Assembly: GCA_026014495.1 (NCBI GenBank)
Contig: JAOZIF010000021.1
Location: forward strand, 1 to 33,238
Length of the DNA: 33,238 nucleotides
From: Candidatus Bathyarchaeum sp.
Lineage (GTDB): Archaea > Thermoproteota > Bathyarchaeia > Bathyarchaeales > Bathyarchaeaceae
Direction of reading: 5' to 3'
Below, in pieces: positions 9,106 through 17,654 of this stretch; positions within the stretch are counted from its first letter, which is position 1; the number at the start of each line of letters is the position of its first letter. The notes under the pieces were generated by a model. The model was given only the letters and a program-made list of their open reading frames with translations, had not been told where the DNA came from and ran no database searches. The translations under genes were made by a program, and so were the position numbers.

Positions 9106-9191
9106 GAATTCGAATGTGGTTTGCTGAACATTTAAGACGTATGAATATGAACTCTGAATCAATACTCCATATTCATATTTAGAATTCGAAT
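9106..9191. promoter_or_regulatory. Candidate operator cluster upstream of trmB
   Basis: Perfect 10-bp inverted repeat TATGAATATG (9140-9149) / CATATTCATA (9168-9177), flanked by two copies of GAATTCGAAT (9106-9115, 9182-9191). TTAAAT TATA-like box on the minus strand at about 9130-9135. Confidence 0.5.
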
Positions 9192-9417
9192 CTAACGTCA
9201 ATATCTGTGCTTTTCTGTCTCATTTATACGATATTTCTAAGCTTTCCGACTTTTCTATATGCGTGCATATTTGCGCAGACACACACGCTCGTGAAAACAG
9301 GTCTACTCCTAGTCACGACCTGTGTTATCCAAACCGCCTCTGTCTGGTGTTTTTCCCCTTTCAACGAAATAGTTATCTTAAAGCATAAGATATAATACAT
9401 ATTAGGAATTCATAAAA

Positions 9418-9933
9418 ATGGACGCTAACAACAAAAAACTCCTACGCTACCGAAAATATCTAATTCCAAAAAACAACCTGTGGCTAAAACGAGCCGCCCT
9501 TCTGTTCGGCTTCATTTTGCTAGACTACCTCGCTACACTGATATTCATCAACGCCCCAATCGAAGAAGGAAACATCCTTGTCAGAAACTTTATGGAAACC
9601 TATGGCATCTTTTGGGGACTCACAATCTTTGACATACTAATCAACATCCCCATCTACTTCATAATATGCTTTAACTCCCATTTCGTCAGCTTGCCTTCAA
9701 ACCTTTCAAAAATAGCAGACCCCATAATCGACGTGTTTCTTGCATGGTTTGTTGCTGGATACCACTATAGCGGCGCCACAAGCTGGTTTTGGGCAACTCC
9801 TAGCCTGACCAGTCAATTAGTTGGCTTTTCACTATACCTCTCGATTGCACTAGTTGCTTGGCAAGTATCAAGCATACAACAGTTTTTTCAGATGCACACA
9901 AAAAAATGGACTGCACCTCAACAAAAACCCTAA
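9418..9933 (+). CDS. Integral membrane protein, DUF5658-like
   Basis: About 4-5 TM helices. DYLATL...EEGNILVR resembles the D..T....E.N motif of DUF5658. Confidence 0.55.
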   Translation: MDANNKKLLRYRKYLIPKNNLWLKRAALLFGFILLDYLATLIFINAPIEEGNILVRNFMETYGIFWGLTIFDILINIPIYFIICFNSHFVSLPSNLSKIADPIIDVFLAWFVAGYHYSGATSWFWATPSLTSQLVGFSLYLSIALVAWQVSSIQQFFQMHTKKWTAPQQKP

Positions 9934-10071
9934 CACTTGATTTGCACTGTGTGTAGCATCATGTTACATACAAATTATTAGGTATCAGACAATCAGCTAG
10001 ACTACTTGTAATTAATCAAACTTGAATAACGTGAGCACATAATCAGCCAGTGCTTCTAGGCGGTGAACAAT

Positions 10072-10614
10072 ATGGTAACAGAGATACGAACTTTCTATTC
10101 CCTAAAAGAGCTTAGCGAAAACATTGAAGAAGAGATTAGTTTTTGCAAGACTGCAAGCGAAGAATATGGCGAACGATTAGGCTCCATTTTACGAGATAAC
10201 AAATCAGAACATGGAGACGAAGAATGGTTCAAAGCCTTGTCTGGTCTTCAAGGTGCACCCAAAGAAACCAAAAGCAAAGACAAAAACAAAGGCAATAAAA
10301 AAGGGAAAGGAAAAAAAGGAGCAAAGTCAGGTTGGATTCAATTCAATGACATAATGCTCTCTAAAGAAAAACATGGAGAAGCCCAAATTCTTTTTGACGC
10401 CATCGAAGAACTAAAAAACAAAAGTGCCCGACTAGAAAAAATCAGAAACGACATCGAAGACCTCAAAAGACTAGGTCTAGGAGAAAACGTAATTTACATA
10501 GCCTATTTGCGCGAAGAAATCCCAGAAAAAATCGTGCTACACAAGAAAAACGGGGACGAACTAGGAGGAAAATTCGAATTCATGACAAAAATTTCCCTTG
10601 TATGCCCCACATAA
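10072..10614 (+). CDS. Hypothetical coiled-coil protein with central Lys/Gly-rich linker
   Basis: Long ORF; GGTGA RBS before ATG 10072; two heptad-like helices separated by KSKDKNKGNKKGKGKKG. Confidence 0.7.
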   Translation: MVTEIRTFYSLKELSENIEEEISFCKTASEEYGERLGSILRDNKSEHGDEEWFKALSGLQGAPKETKSKDKNKGNKKGKGKKGAKSGWIQFNDIMLSKEKHGEAQILFDAIEELKNKSARLEKIRNDIEDLKRLGLGENVIYIAYLREEIPEKIVLHKKNGDELGGKFEFMTKISLVCPT

Positions 10615-10692
10615 CATCTCTATTTACATTTTGCGACAAACATTTTTTCTCAAAATCCAATCAACACTTATTTTGTTCACACGTTTGTGCGA

Positions 10693-10740
10693 CATATTAG
10701 TCTCCTAATAGCAGTTCATTGTTGAAAACTAGCTTTTTTT
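10693..10740 (+). repeat. Dispersed palindromic repeat, copy 1 (loop TCTC)
   Basis: CATATTAG-TCTC-CTAATA-GCAG-TTCATTGTTGAAAAC-TAGC-T7; 34/41 identical to copy 2 and 31/41 to copy 3. Confidence 0.85.
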
Positions 10741-10835
10741 CTGAGATTTTTAGTAATGCACACGTTTACTGCCTAAAGTTCACATTCATATTAGTAGCAA
10801 CGAATAGACTGACGAAAACTTGGTTTTTGTGTTTT

Positions 10836-12569
10836 TTAGCCTTCAAGAGCAGCTTCTGACATTTGTACATACAGATTTGCGAATTTCTTTATGAGATCAC
10901 GTTGTTCATACACTGCAGCGCTTCGTCTAAAGAAGTTCTCCATTCTGCCTGTTTCCAGTCCAACTCCAATCACCATTATGCCTCTTCTTTCCAGTGCAGT
11001 GATGCTTTCCGACAGTGCAACTGGCATTCCTTTATATCCGTATGGCCAACCGTCTGAAATAACTATCAAAAACTTTTGTTCATCAAACCTTTTTGCAAGA
11101 GTTTCGCCTGCGACATGAAGCGCATCAGGCATGTAAGTTAAACCGCCAAACTTTAGTCCACCAATTCGGGCTCTTACTCTTCGTGAGTATGCTTCGGTTG
11201 CGTCTTTGAGGACATAAAGTTGGTCGCTGAACGCATAGAAAGACCATGAAGTGGGGTCTTTTAGCAGTTCTTTTGCGGCTTCTGCAACACAGATTGCTAG
11301 GGCTCTACCGTATTCGCCTTTGACTCTCATGCTTGCACTTGCGTCTAAAACTATGCTCCATGCGTAGCTACTTTTGAGGTATTCATCACGTTTGAAGACA
11401 TCTTGTCTTGGTTGCCCTGTTGACATCATTTGTACGACTGCGGGAAGGTCCATTTCTCCGAATACTTTGCCTGCGTCTTCATCAAGGGCATCTTGAGCTG
11501 CGCACAATCTGTTTAGTAATCTGCGGATTGTTCCTCTGATCATCTCTTTTGCTCTTAGATATGTGGTGTAGTCTTCGTTAGGGAAAGTGACTGATTTGAA
11601 TCTGGTCCATGCGACAGCGTCTTCAAGTTTTGAGAGCATTCTTTGTTCGCGAGCTTCTTGTGTGAACCATGTGTTAAATGCCTGGGAAGCTTCTGCGTTT
11701 GCTTCTTTTCTCCAGCAAGATTCAATAGAATCTTCTGAGGGAATTGTTCCGCCTAATGTTTCCAAAGATTTCTTGAAGATTTGTTCTATCTCAAACTCGG
11801 AGAGCATACTGTTGTGAGAAAAGATTGTGCACGAACCAGTATGTTCTGTGTATTGTAGAGATGGAGCCTCTAGCATGGGCCCAAAATCTTCCAGAGTTTG
11901 ATTTACTTCGTTTGTGGTGTTGGTCATTGCTTCGCCAAACTCTGTGCTTTCCATAGCAAGAGCCATCATTACCTCTTCTTTGAGTGCACCAAGTTTGTCT
12001 GCTAGCTGGTTTACTGTTTTTTCTTCTTCTGAATCAAGGGTTCCCTTTACTGTGCCTATGTTAAGTTTTGAAAGTAAGGCTGTCATTATGAGGGTTGCTG
12101 GATTGAAGATGGTGTCTACAGGTCTAATTTTTGAGTATGCCAAAGAATTTGCGTATGCCATGTCTGCGAGTTTGTCAGGATACCATGCTGTAAGATACGA
12201 GTTAACGTAAACGTCATTAACTAAAGAGTTAGTGAACCTGCCAAGAATTGAACAATGTTTTGCTGGCGCAATCTTTTCTGGATTGACTGGCATCAGAGTA
12301 TGTGTTGTAAGATGGTAAACACAGGCTCTAAACAATCTTCCAACTTTCGCTTTTCCCTCATCGTCTGCTGCAAATTTGTAGCCCAGAAACGTTATGGTTT
12401 TTTCTTCTGTTTCCTCGTTTACTGTTACAACCGGCAGCGGCACAGTTACGTTGAATCCTGCTTTGTTTTGTGTAAGTGTTGGCTGATTCAGTTTTGTTTC
12501 TATGCTGATTCCTGTTTTCATGTTGTCTTTTTGAAGCGAGATAGACCACGCATAATCAAGGAATCCCAT
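10836..12569 (-). CDS. vWA domain protein, CbbO/NorD/CobT-like MoxR adaptor
   Basis: C-terminal vWA domain with MIDAS DASAS...T(GGLTY)...D(VISDG). N-terminal HLTTH/NSLVND degenerate zincin-like segment. Directly downstream of the MoxR ATPase. Confidence 0.88.
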   Translation of the reverse strand: MGFLDYAWSISLQKDNMKTGISIETKLNQPTLTQNKAGFNVTVPLPVVTVNEETEEKTITFLGYKFAADDEGKAKVGRLFRACVYHLTTHTLMPVNPEKIAPAKHCSILGRFTNSLVNDVYVNSYLTAWYPDKLADMAYANSLAYSKIRPVDTIFNPATLIMTALLSKLNIGTVKGTLDSEEEKTVNQLADKLGALKEEVMMALAMESTEFGEAMTNTTNEVNQTLEDFGPMLEAPSLQYTEHTGSCTIFSHNSMLSEFEIEQIFKKSLETLGGTIPSEDSIESCWRKEANAEASQAFNTWFTQEAREQRMLSKLEDAVAWTRFKSVTFPNEDYTTYLRAKEMIRGTIRRLLNRLCAAQDALDEDAGKVFGEMDLPAVVQMMSTGQPRQDVFKRDEYLKSSYAWSIVLDASASMRVKGEYGRALAICVAEAAKELLKDPTSWSFYAFSDQLYVLKDATEAYSRRVRARIGGLKFGGLTYMPDALHVAGETLAKRFDEQKFLIVISDGWPYGYKGMPVALSESITALERRGIMVIGVGLETGRMENFFRRSAAVYEQRDLIKKFANLYVQMSEAALEG

Positions 12570-12592
12570 AGACTTTACCGCTTTGTTTGCTG

Positions 12593-13618
12593 TTATTGGG
12601 GTGGCGGAAACACCGATTCTACAATTCTTCTAACATCAGCTTGCACTTCGAGATTATCGCTGGTTAGAGCAATTATGGTTTCTTCTGCCGCAACATTAGG
12701 AGTGTTGCCATCATAAACCAAGGTCGCCCAGTTTATCAGGTCACCCAACGATGGACCATAAGGTATGTCACCTGCTTTGTATTGCCTTCGCAGCTCAGCG
12801 CCCACCTGAATAATCTTGTAGCCCATATCTTCACTAACTTTGGCTCGTTTTCTGAGCAAATCCACCTCATTTGGCGAAATCTGCTCACCTACACTCGTGT
12901 AATCAAAGTTTATCCACACAGCCATACGTCGCCTCATGGCTGCATTCAACGGTTTGGTTCCAGAGAACTCAGAAGAGTGAGGGTTCATGCTGATAATCAT
13001 GTAACCATACTTGTGCCTGTGGACGCACTCGTTATCTTTCTCGTTCAATACAATGTGACCTCGAGTGTCAAGAACAGGGTTAAGTCTGGTGGCAACGTCC
13101 TGTTTCATCATGTTTGCCTCGTCAAGATACATTATTCCGCCACCTCTTAGCCACCGGGTAACCAGCCCGTCGACCCAGTTCTCTTTTCCAAGACCAATAA
13201 AACGTCCAATAAGGTCATACGATGATGTTTGTAGACCACAGTTGACTTCCCAAACGGGTAACCCACATAGCTCTGCAACAAGGTAAACGATGTGAGTTTT
13301 ACCTGTTCCCGAGGGTCCAATAAGGGAGCACTGTTTAAAGTAGTAAAGAGCGCGGACTATGCGTTCTACAAATTTGTTTCCGCTGTCGATGTAGTATGGT
13401 GTGCCTTTTGGTATCATGTCATCCATGTGAGCAAAACTGTATCCGGGGTGAAGGTCGTATCTTTGGATTTCATATTTGTCGTAAAGAGGGCATTGGGACA
13501 TTGGGCGTTCTTTGTCTAGGGTTACTTTTATCTTTCCTTTTTCGTTGCGGGCAGAAGAGACTAGTTTCATTCTGCTTTTTTCTTGTTCGTCTCTTAGACC
13601 TTGATGACCGTAGCTCAA
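12593..13618 (-). CDS. MoxR-type AAA+ ATPase, CbbQ/NirQ/NorQ/GvpN-like
   Basis: Walker A GPSGTGKT, Walker B YLDEAN, sensor ISMNP, Arg finger MRRR, C-terminal GPSLGDLINWA lid. TTG start with GGGTGG RBS. Confidence 0.92.
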   Translation of the reverse strand: MSYGHQGLRDEQEKSRMKLVSSARNEKGKIKVTLDKERPMSQCPLYDKYEIQRYDLHPGYSFAHMDDMIPKGTPYYIDSGNKFVERIVRALYYFKQCSLIGPSGTGKTHIVYLVAELCGLPVWEVNCGLQTSSYDLIGRFIGLGKENWVDGLVTRWLRGGGIMYLDEANMMKQDVATRLNPVLDTRGHIVLNEKDNECVHRHKYGYMIISMNPHSSEFSGTKPLNAAMRRRMAVWINFDYTSVGEQISPNEVDLLRKRAKVSEDMGYKIIQVGAELRRQYKAGDIPYGPSLGDLINWATLVYDGNTPNVAAEETIIALTSDNLEVQADVRRIVESVFPPPQ

Positions 13619-13655
13619 AAGAGTTCCACCCGTAAAAGAGTGGTTCGGGAAAACA

Positions 13656-13685
13656 GATATAAGTATTACGTCTTAAGACTTAATA
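13656..13685. promoter_or_regulatory. TATA box of the moxR-vWA operon with an abutting 22-bp palindrome
   Basis: Minus-strand CTTATATC (13656-13663). TATTACGTCTTAAGACTTAATA (13664-13685) has 10 of 11 palindromic pairs. Confidence 0.65.
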
Positions 13686-13814
13686 TGATAGTTCGGCACG
13701 CACGATACGTAACACTTGACCAGATTCACATAACAGGCTATGTACGTCACAACAAATAACACACAAGTGCTTTTAGAAAATAAACTGCGAAAACAACAAG
13801 AAGGGAACTATTCA

Positions 13815-14327
13815 ATGAGCCAAAGCACAGTGCAACCCCCAGCTAACAAAGAGCAATCCAATAAACAAGCACCCAAAAAGCCACAACCAACTTTGGATGA
13901 CCTTATATCCTCTATGAAGGGGCTTCAGGATGATATTGGGCAGATTTCGGAGTTGTCGTCTGAGGAAAAGCGTGTTGTGGATGTGTTTTTTGACTCGTTC
14001 TTGAAGCTTATGAAGCCTTTGGCGAAGACGATTTCGATTTCTCCGGATGCACTTCCTGAAGAATATAGTCATGTGGTTCAAGCGAATGTTGATCCGAAAG
14101 GGAATTTTATGCTGTTGTTTCCTGATGGTCAGGTGGAGATACGTAATCTTAGTGAGAAGAATGAACGTGACCTTATGATTTATGTTATGACGGATGCGTT
14201 GCCAAAGTTTAAGCAGCTTACTAGTGGTCATAGAAGAACTATTGAAAATCGGATGAAGTTTTTGTCCTCGGTTACTCAGGAGATTCAGAAAATATCTAAA
14301 GCGTTTGCTGCAGAGGCTGATGAGTAA
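13815..14327 (+). CDS. Hypothetical protein (disordered N-terminus, helical/beta core)
   Basis: Long ORF divergent from moxR. ATG 13815 is preferred over 13740 but is uncertain. Confidence 0.7.
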   Translation: MSQSTVQPPANKEQSNKQAPKKPQPTLDDLISSMKGLQDDIGQISELSSEEKRVVDVFFDSFLKLMKPLAKTISISPDALPEEYSHVVQANVDPKGNFMLLFPDGQVEIRNLSEKNERDLMIYVMTDALPKFKQLTSGHRRTIENRMKFLSSVTQEIQKISKAFAAEADE

Positions 14328-14398
14328 GCCCTTGTGCTGGTTTATTATTCAGGTGCCTTGTTTTTGTTTTTGTGTGGCATGTGAGCCGTTTCGCAAGT

Positions 14399-14421
14399 GT
14401 GTGTAGTTTGGGATTACACAC
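14399..14421. other. Intergenic hairpin (9-bp stem with one G-T pair)
   Basis: GTGTGTAGT-TTGGG-ATTACACAC. Confidence 0.35.
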
Positions 14422-14516
14422 TAAAGGGAAAAAATCGAGAATAAAGAAACTATACTCAACAATAGAGGGGATTACGAACATACAGTTTGCGTGTCCAATA
14501 AAGTGAGGAATTAGTC

Positions 14517-15014
14517 ATTTCAACTCAAAATGGCGAGTCTGACGTTCAAGTCAATGTAGATATTCTAGGTTTGCGAGGCATTAAACTAAAAGACAATATA
14601 GAGACTGCTGAATTAAATTTTGACATCAACGCAAAACTGGAAGAAAAAGACCGCAGAAGCGGCAAACGCGTCATTGGCTTTGTGCTAACTGTAGGCACAA
14701 AACCCAGCATCGCAAAATTTGAAGTTGAAGGCCTAGCAACCCTTGAAGGAAAAAACCCCGACATAGAAAAACTGCTGGAAATAAACCCCAAAACCAAGAT
14801 ACCGTTGATACTTGACAGAGTCTACCAGCGTGTTTTCACCTCAACATATCTTATGGCAAACCTGCTTGACACGTCCTATCCGCCGCCTGACATGCTCTCT
14901 ACGGGCGAACAAAATAAACCAAAAGCCACCGGACATGTTGAATGGGGCGGAAAAGAAGACGAAAACCCAGCAACAGAAAAACCCAAAGAAAAGAAGAAAA
15001 AAGCCAAACGTTAA
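14517..15014 (+). CDS. SecB-like fold protein (putative chaperone); probable non-canonical ATT start
   Basis: The frame is open from 14502. Four alternating beta strands are followed by helices and a PPP motif (VQVNVDILGLRG / LNFDINAKL / VIGFVLTVGTKP / AKFEVEGLATLEG / IPLILDRVYQRVF...YPPP), matching SecB topology. GTGAGG lies 8 nt before the in-frame ATT at 14517. The tracked ORF starts at TTG 14571. Confidence 0.5.
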   Translation: MSTQNGESDVQVNVDILGLRGIKLKDNIETAELNFDINAKLEEKDRRSGKRVIGFVLTVGTKPSIAKFEVEGLATLEGKNPDIEKLLEINPKTKIPLILDRVYQRVFTSTYLMANLLDTSYPPPDMLSTGEQNKPKATGHVEWGGKEDENPATEKPKEKKKKAKR

Positions 15015-15041
15015 CCAAACAGACCCAAATAACTCAAGAAA

Positions 15042-15090
15042 CATATTAGGATACTAATAGAGGTTCATTGTTGAAAACAACCTTTTTTTT
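15042..15090 (+). repeat. Dispersed palindromic repeat, copy 2 (loop GATA)
   Basis: CATATTAG-GATA-CTAATA-GAGG-TTCATTGTTGAAAAC-AACC-T8. Confidence 0.85.
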
Positions 15091-15236
15091 ATGTTTTTCA
15101 CACTTGCAGTCAGAGCCAAAATATGTAATCAACTACACCATTGTTTCACATTCAAAAAAATTCTCCAGCACAGCCACAAGTCCAACTTTGACAAGGCTTA
15201 TAGGAGAAATGCATCTTTAAGAAAAGAAGAGTGGGC

Positions 15237-16358
15237 ATGTCTTCAAAACTGATTGTGGTCAAGATTGGAACTGCAAGTTTAACCAAAAGTGACGGCGTTC
15301 TTGATTTAGAATTAATGCAGAGACTGGTTGACCAAATAGCCACGGCAATAAAGCAGGGCAACAAGATTGTTTTTGTAACATCTGGAGCTGTAGCCGCAGG
15401 CATAGCCGAGCTTGGAATACCCAAAAAACCGAATGATATTGTCTTTCAGCAGATGGCAGCGGCAGCAGGACAGAACATAATTATGTCTACATACCGTGAG
15501 CTTTTCAGTAAACATGGTCTAAAGGTTGCGCAGATTCTACTTACTGCAGAAGACCTGTCTAACAGGGCAGCTTACCTGCACATCTGTGACGTTCTGGAAA
15601 TGGTTCTGCAGTATGGAATTGTTCCAATCATAAATGAGAATGATGTTACATCCACGGACGAGCTTGTTCCCGTAACAAAGGGCTGCAAAGTAAACTTTAG
15701 CGACAACGACATTCTGTCAGTTCTTGTGGCTAACGCCCTAGAAGCAAACCTAGTCATTATACTCTCTAACGTAGACGGATTATACACGGCAAATCCAAAG
15801 AAACGGGAAGCAAAACTGATCAAAACAGTTGAACTCATAACCCCTGAACTCAAATGTGACGTAGAAGGAAAGAGCCGACTTGGCAGAGGGGGCATGAAAA
15901 CCAAACTTAAAGCTGCAGAAATCGCTACCTCCAGCGGTGTGCCCCTTGTGATAGCTAACAGTAAAACAGAGAATGTGATAATTGACATACTCTCCGGAAA
16001 GCAAATGGGAACGCTTTTCAAACCTCAGGAACGTTTGCCTTCGATAAAGCGATGGATTGCCTATGGCGCTTCAGTAAAGGGGCAAATTTTCGTTAATGAG
16101 GGCGCAAAAAAGGCGATACTTGAGGGCGCTAGCCTTCTTCCGGTGGGCGTAATCAAGGTCACTGGAACATTCAATGAGGGCGATGTGGTTAGTCTGTTGG
16201 ATCAGCAGTGTGTTGAGTTTGCGCGAGGGAACCCTAACTATAACAGCGGCGAAATCAACATTGTTAAAGGCTTAAAAACAAATAATATCAAAAAGGCTCT
16301 TGGGTATATACGACATAAAGAGATTGTTGCCCGAAAAAACATATGCGTCAAGAAGTGA
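15237..16358 (+). CDS. proB: Glutamate 5-kinase with C-terminal PUA domain
   Basis: VVKIGTASLT, VTSGAVAAG, PIINENDVT, FSDNDILS, GRGGMKTKL and PUA-domain SLLPVG motifs. Confidence 0.96.
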   Translation: MSSKLIVVKIGTASLTKSDGVLDLELMQRLVDQIATAIKQGNKIVFVTSGAVAAGIAELGIPKKPNDIVFQQMAAAAGQNIIMSTYRELFSKHGLKVAQILLTAEDLSNRAAYLHICDVLEMVLQYGIVPIINENDVTSTDELVPVTKGCKVNFSDNDILSVLVANALEANLVIILSNVDGLYTANPKKREAKLIKTVELITPELKCDVEGKSRLGRGGMKTKLKAAEIATSSGVPLVIANSKTENVIIDILSGKQMGTLFKPQERLPSIKRWIAYGASVKGQIFVNEGAKKAILEGASLLPVGVIKVTGTFNEGDVVSLLDQQCVEFARGNPNYNSGEINIVKGLKTNNIKKALGYIRHKEIVARKNICVKK

Positions 16359-17605
16359 AAAAAGTGATAGTTGAAATTTGTCAAAAAGCAAAAGTTGCTT
16401 CAGCGCAGCTAGCTAAAGCTTCTGCTGAACAAAGAAACAAGGCATTATGCAGCATGGCGGACTGTCTTGAGAGAAGCTGTGCACAGATTTTGGAGGCAAA
16501 CAAAACTGATGTAGAAGCTGCCAGAGCCAAAGGCGTAAAAGAAGCATTGATTGACAGGCTAATTTTGGACAAAAAACGGGTAAATAGTATGGCAGATAAT
16601 CTGCGGGAAGTAGCAGAGTTGCCCGATGCTGTAGGCGAAATTGTGAAAACATGGACGCGCCCTAACGGCTTAATTATTGGGTTGCTTCGTGTGCCTTTGG
16701 GAGTAATCGGGATAATCTACGAGTCCAGACCCAACGTTACGTCAGAAGCATCGGGAGTATGCATCAAATCTGGAAATGCAATAATCTTGAGGGGCGGCTC
16801 AGATGCGATTAACTCGAACATGGCAATTGGAAATTCACTGCGAGAGGCACTAGAACAGAGCGGACTAAACAAAGACATCATTCAAGTTGTTCCAGTAACT
16901 GAACGAAGTTACGCCGAGAAGCTCATGACCATGCGCGAATACATCGATGTGCTTATTCCCCGTGGAGGAGCCAATCTAATCAAGACAGTGGTAGAAAAAT
17001 CAACTGTCCCTGTTATCGAAACGGGAACCGGAAACTGTCACATCTACGTAGAAGGCGATGCTGACCTAACCCGAGCCATAGACATAGTAATCAACGCCAA
17101 ATGTCAAAGACCTGGAGTCTGCAATGCTGCAGAAAAACTGTTGGTTCACCAGAGCGTTGCGAAACAGTTCTTGCCAAAAGTGGTGTCGGCACTTAACCTG
17201 AATGGAGTGGAAGTTCGAGCCTGCGAAAAGACTATGCAGTTGCTTCCTAACCTTAAGCCAGCGGTTGAAGAAGACTGGGGCACAGAATATTTGGACCTTA
17301 TTATTGCCATAAAAATAGTCGAAAATATAGACGAGGCAATAGCTCACATCAACAAGTACGGCACCAACCATTCTGAATCAATCTTGACAGCAGACTTTAA
17401 CAAGGCACTACAGTTCATCAACGAAGTAGACTCCGCAGCAGTCTACTGGAATGCATCTACACGCTTCACAGACGGCAACCAGTTTGGATTAGGAGCAGAA
17501 ATCGGAATCAGCACCCAGAAACTGCACGCAAGAGGACCCATGAGTATCCAGCAGCTAACAACAACAAAATTCTTCATACTAGGCAGAGGACACATCAGGC
17601 AGTAA
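16343..17605 (+). CDS. proA: Gamma-glutamyl phosphate reductase (glutamate-5-semialdehyde dehydrogenase)
   Basis: VPLGVIGIIYESRPNVT, LIPRGG, GNCHIY, CNAAEKLLVH, NASTRFTDG, GAEIGISTQKLHARGP. The start could alternatively be GTG 16355. Confidence 0.97.
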   Translation: MRQEVKKVIVEICQKAKVASAQLAKASAEQRNKALCSMADCLERSCAQILEANKTDVEAARAKGVKEALIDRLILDKKRVNSMADNLREVAELPDAVGEIVKTWTRPNGLIIGLLRVPLGVIGIIYESRPNVTSEASGVCIKSGNAIILRGGSDAINSNMAIGNSLREALEQSGLNKDIIQVVPVTERSYAEKLMTMREYIDVLIPRGGANLIKTVVEKSTVPVIETGTGNCHIYVEGDADLTRAIDIVINAKCQRPGVCNAAEKLLVHQSVAKQFLPKVVSALNLNGVEVRACEKTMQLLPNLKPAVEEDWGTEYLDLIIAIKIVENIDEAIAHINKYGTNHSESILTADFNKALQFINEVDSAAVYWNASTRFTDGNQFGLGAEIGISTQKLHARGPMSIQQLTTTKFFILGRGHIRQ

Positions 17606-17654
17606 ATTCAACTGCCATAGTTCATTTTTGTTTTGTTGCATTAGGTGTTTTAGT

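Noticed and set aside
9207-9395. 62-codon ORF in the trmB/DUF5658 intergenic region
   Set aside because: Starts at GTG without an RBS and has no recognisable features; probably spurious.
9397-10794. Extra CATATTAG half-sites at 9398 and 10787
   Set aside because: They lack the CTAATA arm and downstream core; an AT-rich 8-mer is expected a couple of times by chance in 33 kb.
12593-13618. Gas-vesicle GvpN assignment for the AAA+ ATPase
   Set aside because: No gvpA/J/M/F/L genes nearby, and the vWA partner indicates a CbbQO/NorQD-type pair.
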